Shown: in pieces, positions 25,684 through 36,750 of the stretch
Position numbering within the stretch: the stretch's first letter is position 1
Layout: each line of letters opens with the position of its first letter
Assembly: GCA_964247055.1 (NCBI GenBank)
Contig: OZ176056.1
Coordinates: 4,030,001-4,094,000 of the forward strand
Length of the DNA: 64,000 nucleotides
Direction: 5' to 3'
Source: Paragordius varius
Taxonomy: Eukaryota > Animalia > Nematomorpha
Notes under the pieces: generated by a model
The model's input: the letters and a program-made list of their open reading frames with translations, nothing else
What the model was told of the DNA's origin: nothing
The model's database searches: none
Program-made: the position numbers and the translations under genes

Positions 25684-28600
25684 ATGAATCAATATTCCCC
25701 TCTACTGACACCCGGTATTTATATTTACTTTAATAAAATAAATATTTCAAAAATAATTTTACAATTTATATAATATTTCTTTTCTAGATAGTTTGAACGA
25801 GGAATTAAAATGGCCCGACTCTCCTCCCATTAACAGTACTTCATTAGCGGATGACTCAAAGAATATTAAACCAAGCAATATATTAGCTAAATTCGATTCG
25901 CCCACAGCCGATCTAAAATCACAAACTGACAAAGATATTGAAAAACGTTACAATAAATTATTTAAAAATGGAGATAATGCTGAACAATCTGTAGAAAAAA
26001 GAACTAATGTAACGGATACAGTCCATCCCCTCAACCAAAATATTAAAGACAGAGAGAACAATGCCAAAATACCCTCAGAGAAACCCGAAAAATTCAAGTT
26101 TAACCCAATAATGTCACAGAAACGCTTTGAAAATTATAAACCTCTTGTGCCCATTTGTAAGAACAAACATTGATTAATTATTAATTTATTTGTAAATATT
26201 AAAAATTTAGATAATTTTTTCAATATAATGTAGCTTTTTTTACAGCGATATAAGAAAGTTTGATAAGAGTTAAAATTTCAAAACTCAAATAATATACAAT
26301 AGTCTCAATAGGTTATAATATACAATAAGAATACTAATATTTTACAATTATTAGTGGTAAAAAATATTTAATTACATTAGTTTTCCCTTTGAAATGATTT
26401 ATATGTCAAGCGTTTCCAATCTGACCCAACTTATTTAATTCCTTTGAGCCATTTTATAGCTAATATATATTTATAAGTCAAATTAATTATATCCAATTTT
26501 TTTTTCTTGATCCCACATAAATCACAGTGCACACCGATAAAAGTGATAGCCACGCAAAACATGTAGATGGAAAAAATAATCAATCACATTCCAAGATAAT
26601 GGCTCCTAATAATGCGACTTTGGACCAGGCTAAGGTTAAACGACGAGAAAGCTTAACAGCACGCATAGTTGAAACATGGAAATCTGCCGGGAAAAAGGAC
26701 AAAAAGCACGTGGCATTAGCGAATGCACCATCCATAATTCCAGCGGGTAAAATTAGTCGACTCCGTCACGAAGATGCTGCCCACTCTCGGGAAGCTTTTA
26801 AGTATGTGATAGTTGAATATGATATTGTTAATACCATAGAGCTCTTGTTTTTTCCATTCTTTACCAAATATTTATACCCATTTAACGAAAAAATTAAATT
26901 TTTGATAAAATAAAGGATACATGACTGTATATATATGTATATATATATATATATTCATTTTGATATTTTTTACACAATCTTTGTGTGGCTCTTGTTTTAA
27001 GGTTTAATGAATGGTTAACATTTAATTATGTGCTTTCTAAAGGAAAAACTTTTACTCCAAATTGAGTTATCTCTACATGCTAATTCTTATCGCAATCGGT
27101 GTTTGTATACCCATGTCAGAAGCTATCGCAGAAAATTTTCCCAGAGACTATCATGAGGTAACTTCACCTAGAAAATATTGAGCAATATCTTGGTTAAAAT
27201 CTATTTTATATTCATATTTAAATTGTGCTAAATAATTTTAGATATTCTATTTATACCTTTATGGTATATCTGTGCTTTTTTTCACGTACGCTCACTTTTT
27301 CCTTATCCGTCATTATTCGAGGATGGAGAATTCTAGAAAAGCTTCAGTAGTGCTTTTATCTTCCCGTAAAAGTCATGTGGACCAAGATGCCGCCAAATTG
27401 TTGATCAAAAAACAACGAATCACGGAGTTTGAAAGTTCAACTGGAAGTTTTTATCTCAGAATGGGTGCTTTAGGTAAGATCAAAGCAAATACGGCGCCTT
27501 TTTTAGTTAATTTTTGCTAATAATTTAATAAGATAAGATCCGCTATAACCACAGTTTAAGGGTTTATTTTAGGTTGCATAAAATTTAAAAAAAATATAAA
27601 TGGTATTATAGAATATTTTAATTTTAGCTTTTGGTGCCGGCTCCATGATTTACTCAGGACTACAGTTCTCAGAATTTTTCGATGCAAATTTTACAAGCCG
27701 ATGTTTTGATATAATTAGTGGCCTGGTGCCTGCTTTCAATTTAGCCTTTACGTTTGTTCAAACCCATTTTATTTTCACGCATAGTAAGGTATAATTATTT
27801 ATAAACGAATGTTTAGACCACATTTTGAAGTTTTACAGGATAAATTTATTTTCAAATAATTGTAACAAATGTCGTTTTTAGATTTGTATTCACAAATTTA
27901 AAACTTTGGCACGGTTTGGTTTGGCCCATTTGATTGCAACGAATCTTAATGTTTGGGTTATAACCCTGGTCCGTCAAACCGTAGAAGAGATCGAATGGTT
28001 TAATCACGAACTCCAAGCTGCAAATAAAAATTTATCTATTAGTGCCGAACTCTCAAAATGTACTTAAATTAGTGAAATCCATATTTTAAAATGATATCGA
28101 ATGATATAAAATAAAAAATTTTAAACAGATTTATATTTTATACATATAAATGTATACATAGCTCCGATCTCAATAATCGCAGGGACAGATGCAATAATTA
28201 AGAATTTGACAGCCCCTATACAACACAGTGAGTGAAAATCATTTTAATTGTTTATACTGGGGTGTCCAACACAAATGGCTTCGTGGGCCGCATTATTGCA
28301 TCAAAAAATCCTATATGGGCAAATATTATAAGAATACAAACACCATTATTTATTTTCACAATTTTCTTCATATCCAAGAAAGACTTATTTAAAAAATTTG
28401 GTTAAGAAATCATGTTTTTGATATTGCATAGATATAGAGGGGTACATGAAACCCGTATACTGGTTGGACACCTCTGCTAATGTGTTTATTTTTATAATAC
28501 TCAATTTTATTCTGTGTCTCTTTTAATTCCAGAAATAGTCGAATTAGATTGTCAAAAATCACGTAGAGATGTAATAATGTCCAAAATAGTAGAGGATGCT

Positions 28601-31600
28601 GGTCCATTTCTCTACCCATGTACCATAGAATACAGTTTAATTTGTGCCGCCATATCCTATGTTATGTGGAAACATGTCGGGGAAGTCCCTAGATTTCGAA
28701 AGTTTGTTTTGCTATTAGAAATATTTTATCAAATACGGCAAATAAAATGAAATATAACGATTTCTACCGTTAATGAAATAAATTTTTATTTAAAGCTATA
28801 CCCTTTAATTTAAATAGATCGCGGAGAGCCCGTAATTCATACACTGTCAATTGCGAAGGCGCTAGTCAGGGTTTATTTGCGGGATTAATTGTATTAGTGT
28901 TCTCAATAGTCAGTCTTATCCTATTTTTTGTGCTGATAGAACGGCCCGAAAATTTCTTTTTTTCAGTTTACCTAAACCAGGTTTTTGTCAACACTTTTAT
29001 ATTTTTACAAATTATATTGCCAAATTTTATATTTACTACATACAATTCAAACTGAATGATATTTCATCATGTTTATTTCACAAATAATAGAAAATAAATG
29101 TTTTTCTTAAGGCTACATAAAATATATATTGTTAAATTTCTCTAACAATGAATTTCAAATGTATTTATTTACTCAAAAAAGCCATATATTATATTGATTG
29201 CCTATGCTGTTAGTTCGCAATTTAAAAAAATCAAATTATGTTACATATCTTAGGTCACCGAGATTGCCGTTTATTTCATAGCTCTGTGTGCATGTGTCAG
29301 GGCTTTCATGCAGATTAAAAAGCTTAAATTTGTGGAACTTATAGATCGAGAGCAGTTAGATAGCCTTTTACTATGTATATCAGTGGCGGGAGAATTGTTA
29401 TTCTCCACTTTTAGTATAGTTTCCTGTATGGGTGTAGTACCTAGCACACCACATGGAATGTCAACTTCTAACGGGGGCCACCAACACTCTGTAAATACGG
29501 CTCCATTAATTATTAAACCATACTATCCTACAGACTACATTTATTCAAGCAATTCCCCCCAAGATCCATATTATGAATCAAAATCGAATGATAACACGAA
29601 TTATGAAGATGAACTCATTAGGATTCTATCGGATGCGAGGTTAACCCGTTCACAACGGGAAACACAAAATGGTGATATCGAAACCGATAAATCAGTATCA
29701 AAGCTTGACCAATTCCTCAAAAGTAATGGACATCAATTGAATGTCACGGAACAAAAAATTTTACAACAATTCCTTACCATATTAAAGAAATTAAAACCAG
29801 AGATCGATTTAGCAAAAAATACTAAAAAGGATCATTATAATTCCCCTTCGTTTAGCACGCCTCAAAATATGGATTTGACTAAGGCTATAAAATATTTCTC
29901 CAATTATTTACATGCCTTCGAAACAAATTTCACGGCTTTAAATCAAAGTTTTTATAATCACACAAATGATAATAGTAGTTTAGCTCGTAATGTTAAATCC
30001 ATAACTTCTCATTACAATAAACGGGTGGAAGAGTTTGAACATCCCTCGAAGACTAAAATCTCATATAAAACTATCTTGCTGATATGTAGCTCATTGGCTA
30101 ACATTATACAAGCCATTACACAAACCGTATTTATATTGGATGCCCTAAACAGGTTTATTAAATTATAAAACAAATATATTTAGACGCATACAGTTAAACC
30201 TATTTTCATGAAAAACAGATGATGCAAATCTTTTTAGTACAAAATATTATATTTAGAGAGTAAGAAATACATTATTATTCAATCGATTGGCATAATTACA
30301 TAAATGGTTTTATTTTAAGGACTTAACTATTTTGATATTATTCAGTAACTAAAACTACATATGTGGACAAATAGTGTTATGTAACAATTGAGTGAAAATG
30401 GTTTTCCAGATATAATTGGCAAAATTTTTTTTAGTAACCATCACTCCTCAAAGTCACCCTAGAACACTATAAAATTTTTATACATTTCGAATTTACCTTA
30501 AAAACATATTAAGTATTTATGGCCCAATAAAACTCAAAATAAATTGAAATAGTTCTTTATAGCATAGTTTATTATTTTTTCCGTATTACGTTAGCTTTAA
30601 ACGAAATTATATTATATTTAAGTAATTTTTGATATTCAAATGCAAAATTATTTTAGGCGAAAATACAGTATACATTTTAATGTATGTTCAATAATTTTAT
30701 TGCCAGTCGAATAACATAAATGGTTTATCCAATGCGTAAAATACTGACCCACGAAATTATTTCGTAGTACACATATGAAAGAGGATTGACGTGAGAATTA
30801 ACATAGGCTGTAATTTGATGGATATTTTTTAATGTTAAAATTTGATAATATTATAGCAATTTATGTTAACATTTGTAATATTGTTGTTACGTATTTAGAT
30901 GCGGAATTAAGTTTTTATCTTGGATAAATTAATAAATAGTAAAATATGTATTTTAAGATATTTTATGTTAATTATTCCTAAATTTAATAATAAATTTTTT
31001 TCAACATGCTAAATACCTGTATTAATCAATCTTGGTATTATTATTTTATATAGTTAATACTAATTAAAAAACACAAGTAAATGTATATTTGTGAAAATTT
31101 AAGTAAATTTTAGATTTTTGTCTTTTATGTTTTGCATTATTAATTATTGATAATTTTTAAGTATTTCAGACATTTTCAGGTAAATTTCGGTTTTTAAATT
31201 TAGTCAAATTTAATTTTTTTTGTTCATTTTATGTAACATTGTTAATAGTAATCAATTACTACATATTTTGGGCATTATTATAAATACAAATAAAAATGCG
31301 GTTTTTAATAAATTTAGTAAAAAAATTTAGTTTTTTTTGTTTTTTAGGTTTTGCATTGTTAATTGTAATTAATTACTACATATTTTGGACATTATTATAA
31401 ATACAGGTAAAAATTGCGGTTTTTAACAAATTTAGTAAATATTTAGTTTTTTTTGTTTTTTAGGTTTTGCATTGTTAATTGTAATTAATTACTACATATT
31501 TTGGACATTATTATAAATACAGGTAAAAATTGCGGTTTTTAACAAATTTAGTAAAAATTTAGTTTTTTTTTTAGATTTTGCATTGTTAATTGTAATTAAT

Positions 31601-34600
31601 TACTACATATTTTGGACATTATTATAAATACAGGTAAAAATTGCGGTTTTTAATAAATTTAGTAAGAATTTAGTTTTTTTTTGTTTTTTAGGTTTTGCAT
31701 TGTTAATTGTAATTAATTATTACATATTTTGGACATTTAAATAAATACAGGTAAAAATTGCGGTTTTTAATAAATTTAGTAAAAATTTTAACATTCGTAT
31801 TTTATATCATTGTTATTTGTTATTAATTACTAAACATTTTGGACATTTAAAAAAACAGGTGAAAATCGAGGTTTTTAATAAATTAAAAAAATTTTAATTT
31901 TTTGTGTAACCTTGCTAATTTATTAATTACTATATATTTTTGATACATTGATATATACAGGTAAAAATTACTATCATTTGCGGTTTTTTAAATTTTTAGG
32001 AAAATTATTTTTTTGTTTTACATTGATAATTAATATATTAAATAGTTAACATATCTATGCATACAGGTAATATGCATGTGCGGTTTTATGTTTGACATTT
32101 TATTTATCAAAATCCAACTATGTACATTTTAACAAACACCTTATATCACCAAAGATTCAAAATAAGATCAAGATATATAAAACATCTTTTTAAGTATCTG
32201 AATATCGCCAAATATAAATATATTTATTTAAATTATAAATGTATAATTATACAAAATATTCTTAATATTATGTTTAAAATTAGCATTCTTCTTATTGATA
32301 TTACAGGTAACTTCTTTCTAATATTGATATACGATGCGGTGTGCGTTCATGATCATATCTTAAGGTAGATACTATCAACTAAATATAAGATAGAAAGGTA
32401 TATATTAATATTTTAGAAAATTGATACCTGGATTCTAGAAGTATTTTTATCATAATTTTAAATATTGGGGGCAAAAACATTCAAAGTTTGAAAGGAAACT
32501 AAATAAGGTTGACTTGGCTTTTAACAACTAAATTTGCAAAAAAATATTTTCTTCATGATAAAAATTAAAAAATGATACTTTTTGTTTTTGCGTTTTCGTT
32601 CTACCATCCCAAACTATATATCACCAATGACGTCAAATAAAAAATAGAAACAAATATTTTTTTTTCAAAAGCTTTGAATACAACAGCACTTCAAAAACTA
32701 AGCAGACAACACTAACATTAGTTGCTTTGGTGAAGAATTTCATATTTATAGTTTAAGATAGTAGAACGAAAACGCAAAAAAAGTATCATTTTTGAATTTT
32801 TTATCATGAAGAAAATATTTTTTTGCAAATTTGTTAAAAAGCCAAGTCCCTTTCAAACTTTGAATGTTTTTCCCCCCAATATTTAAAATTATGATAAAAA
32901 TACTTCTAGAATCCAGGTATCAATTTTCTAATATATTAATAAATACTTTTCTATCTTATATTTAGTTGATAGAATCTACCTTAAGATATGATCATGAAAG
33001 CACAACACAACGTACATCAATTTTAGAAAGATTACCTGTAATATCAATAAGAAGAATGCTAATTTTAAACATAATATTATGAATATTTTGTATAATTATA
33101 CATTTATAATTTAAATAAATATATTTATATTTGGCGATATTCAGATACTTAAAAAGATGTTTTATATATCTTGATATTTTGAATCTTTGGTGATATAAGG
33201 TGTTTGTTAAAATGTACATAGTTGGATTTTGATAAATAAAATGTCAAACATAAAACCGCACATGCATATTACCTGTATGCATAGATATGTTAACTATTTA
33301 ATATATTAATTATCAATGTAAAACAAAAAAAATAATTTTCCTAAAAATTTAAAAAACCGCAAATGATTGTAATTTTTACCTGTATATATCAATGTATCAA
33401 AAATATATAGTAATTAATAAATTAGCAAGGTTATACAAAAAATTAAAAATTTTTTAATTTATCAAAAACCTCAATTTTCACCTGTTTTTTTAAATGTCCA
33501 AAATGTTTAGTAATTAATAACAAATAAATATGATACAAAATACGAATGTTAAAATTTTTACTAAATTTATTAAAAACCGCAATTTTTACCTGTATTTATT
33601 TAAATGTCCAAAATATGTAGTAATTAATTACAATTAACAATGCAAAACCTAAAAAACAAAAAAAAACTAAATTTTTACTAAATTTGTTAAAAACCGCAAT
33701 TTTACCTGTATTTATAATAATGTCCAAAATATGTAGTAATTAATTACAATTAACAATGCAAAACCTAAAAAACAAAAAAAACTAAATTTTTTTACTAAAT
33801 TTATTAAAAACCGCATTTTTATTTGTATTTATAATAATGCCCAAAATATGTAGTAATTGATTACTATTAACAATGTTACATAAAATGAACAAAAAAAATT
33901 AAATTTGACTAAATTTAAAAACCGAATATTTACCTGAAAATGTCTGAAATACTTAAAAATTATCAATAATTAATAATGCAAAACATAAAAGACAAAAATC
34001 TAAAATTTACTTAAATTTTCACAAATATACATTTACTTGTGTTTTTTAATTAGTATTAACTATATAAAATAATAATACCAAGATTGATTAATACAGGTAT
34101 TTAGCATGTTGAAAAAAATTTATTATTAAATTTAGGAATAATTAACATAAAATATCTTAAAATACATATTTTACTATTTATTAATTTATCCAAGATAAAA
34201 ACTTAATTCCGCATCTAAATACGTAACAACAATATTACAAATGTTAACATAAATTGCTATAATATTATCAAAATTTAACATTAAAAAATATCCATCAAAT
34301 TACAGCCTATGTTAATTCTCACGTCAATCCTCTTTCATATGTGTACTACGAAATAATTTCGTGGGTCAGTATTTTACGCATTGGATAAACCATTTATGTT
34401 ATTCGACTGGCAATAAAATTATTAAACATACGTTAAAATGCATACTGTAATGTTTCAAGGATTAATATGAATCGTTCAAGGGGGTGAATTTGAGGTGTAA
34501 ATGGTATAAAATTTATTTTAAGGCAAGGTTATTTTAATGTAAATTACCATTAATTATTATTTTTGGCCAATTCAAAAATATTTGCATTGCTAGATTTAGT

Positions 34601-36108
34601 GTTACAGAGCATCAAGAAGTAACTAAACCCGGTCGACAAAGTGTAACTTTCCTGATTCTTTGTAATTTCGCACTTTGGGCCTTCAATACATTTGCTAATG
34701 AGCGGACACGAACAAACCCCATTCAAATCGAATTTTATGGTTATATTACATGGAATATCATAACACATATTTGTACACCTCTTTCCATATTTTACAGGTA
34801 TTACATATCAACACAAATTATTAGTAATGTTTTTTATTGAATCAAAATTCCTAATATCCTAAAAAAAATTTTTTTATAACATTTTGTGTCTGCAAAATTA
34901 TGTAGGTAAACTAAATTTTTATGTTCTATTTTTAACGGATATCTCTAAGTCTTAAATTTACACAACAAAAATTTAAAATGTATATCGACAATGCGTGAAA
35001 ATCATATAACAATTTTTTGAAAAGACACTATCATACTTTTATAAACCTTGATATTTTAATATCTATATTACAATTTAAACTTTGAGCATTTTACCAATTT
35101 ATTTCATTTAATTTTTATTTGCAAATCAATATTTAATGGTAAAATATATTGAGCTTGTAAAAAGCCCGTGATTAGATTTTTAAATAATCTTAAGTATTAA
35201 ATTGTTTATAAAAGATTTAGAGTGAATGAGTGTGAACAATTTTATAATATCATCTATCATTTATGCCCGCTAATTACACAACCTGTACTAAATAACTAAT
35301 ATACACTCATGACAATATTAATATCATAGCATATGTTATTAGAAATATGAACGGAATCTTTTTAAAAATCCTTAGCTATCCATAATTTGCATATATTCAC
35401 TATAAAGGATAAATGCGGTATTAAGATATTATACTAAAATTCTCATTTTAAAATGTTTTTAGAATCAAGATTTTGGCGTAACATTCCATAAATATTTGAA
35501 GATAAAATTTGTATAAAAAATATACAGTTTTGAGTCCCTTTATTAAAGGGTAAGGACTTTAATTGTATTCTGATATGTAAAGGCTTTAACACTCGCCTGC
35601 CTAGGGCTGACAGTGAGGATGAAAAAACTGCGTAGTTGGGTTTGAACTCAAGCACGCAGTCAAAGAGTTGGCCTGTTGCATTAGTGATTTAAAAAACTCT
35701 AAAGAAAATAATGGATGCGAAATAGTTTGAGATGAGGATATTTTTACAATACATTCTCTGCAAAATTTGTAACATGCGCCTTGAAAAGCATATTTTTGAA
35801 TTTGGCCCAATGCTAAAAATATTAAGATAATTAAATTTTAAATGGCCTGGTATAAACTATACAAAAGGTCAGAAGTGTCAATTTACATTCTGATGCCATG
35901 TAGGAAATTTTTCATTTTAATATTTATATTTTTAAAAATCGAGAGAAAAAATGGTGGTAATACCTTTTAGTCATTTAAAATACAGATTATGACCTTTCAT
36001 AATTCTCGTTACTGTATACATTTTATATCTTTTTATAGATATCATTCAACTGCATGTTTGGCGGAGGTGTGGAAACAAGCGTACAAAACACATATCGATG
36101 AAAATTAA
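25684..36108 (+). CDS. Otop: Otopetrin-family proton channel, 13 exons, ~976 aa
   Basis: Exons 25684-25714, 25788-26156, 26528-26801, 27043-27157, 27242-27473, 27628-27788, 27882-28059, 28162-28227, 28533-28701, 28818-28980, 29254-30152, 34594-34797 and 36039-36108 join in frame. Motifs: GSFYLRMGA.FG.GSMIY, ARFGLAHLIATNL.VW, PFLYPCTIEYSLIC, NC.GASQGLFAG, KPGRQ.VTFL, FYG..W..I..P..IFYRYHS. The start exon is less certain. Confidence 0.93.
28257..28476. mobile_element. hAT-like MITE family 2 copy in an otopetrin intron
   Basis: CTGGGGTGTCCAACAC ... GTTGGACACCTCTG inverted ends. Confidence 0.65.
30666..34447. mobile_element. Foldback-type element with giant terminal inverted repeats and Tc1/mariner-like ends
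   Basis: TA|CAGTAT at 30664-30671 and ATACTG|TA ending at 34449. Arms 30666-32618 and 32747-34447 are near-identical reverse complements around a 128-bp spacer. No transposase ORF. Confidence 0.85.
31255..31900 (+). repeat. ~115-bp tandem repeat inside the left foldback arm (about 6 units; about 4 inverted units at ~33480-33900)
   Basis: The unit ACATATTTTGGACATTATTATAAATACAGGTAAAAATTGCGGTTTTT recurs near 31260, 31378, 31494, 31605, 31722 and 31834. Confidence 0.85.
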
Positions 36109-36677
36109 TTTATGTAATTTTTTTTATAGTATTTTAATATATTTGACCATTTTATATGTACAAAAATATGTATTGTAGTAAATTAAACACAACTTACAAA
36201 TATATATTAATATGTGGTGCTCAAACTCCTAATAAATTGCGCAATATTTTAAATATTATCTATTATAATTATATTTCAAGGTAATTGCAAAAAAAAATTA
36301 TTTAATTGACAAAATGGATAAGAAAAAATTTTAACTATTTAATAATATGTTTTAATCACTACAAAGTATAATTGGTCTAATTCATTTAATGTCATAAAAT
36401 TAAATAGTTAAGAGACGTACGGAATTTTTATTTTGAACATATTCATATAAAAAACAGTTTAAGTCTGATCTTTTTCCTTTTTGTGATTTAAAATTTGCCA
36501 CCCAGGGCGGAGTCATGATAGAAAACTGGTCCAATCCATTTCAATGTCAAAATATTTTGATAAATTAGATATATACAAGAGCTCAAAAAACAAAAAATCT
36601 ATATGCAAATCAAATTTTTACAGTGTAAATTTATTGATAATAGTAACTACTAAAACATATACATATATACCAAAATG

Positions 36678-36708
<31 letters not shown>

Positions 36709-36750
36709 ATCAATGTTGGAAAGTTTTCAAATATACACGCCTTCCTAATA

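Larger units (their letters stand above)
30436..34505. mobile_element. Old MITE family 1 copy split by the foldback insertion
   Basis: A decayed left arm and interior lie at ~30436-30660. The right arm GTTCAAGGGGGTGAATTTGAGGTGTAAATGG|TA lies at ~34474-34505, just after the foldback end. Confidence 0.55.

Noticed and set aside
32628-32635. TGACGTCA (CRE palindrome) in the foldback spacer
   Set aside because: A single 8-mer without promoter context.
32120-33219. Mirror-image ORFs 32120-32368 (+) and 32992-33219 (-)
   Set aside because: They are by-products of the inverted arms, with I/K/Y/N-rich AT-biased composition and a frame-changing indel between the arms.
14959-36108. Functional linkage of an acid-active hyaluronidase and a proton channel
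   Set aside because: Adjacency alone in a eukaryotic genome is not evidence of co-function.
36495-36545. GC box and CCAAT-like motifs between the convergent 3' ends
   Set aside because: No gene start nearby; short motifs are compatible with chance.
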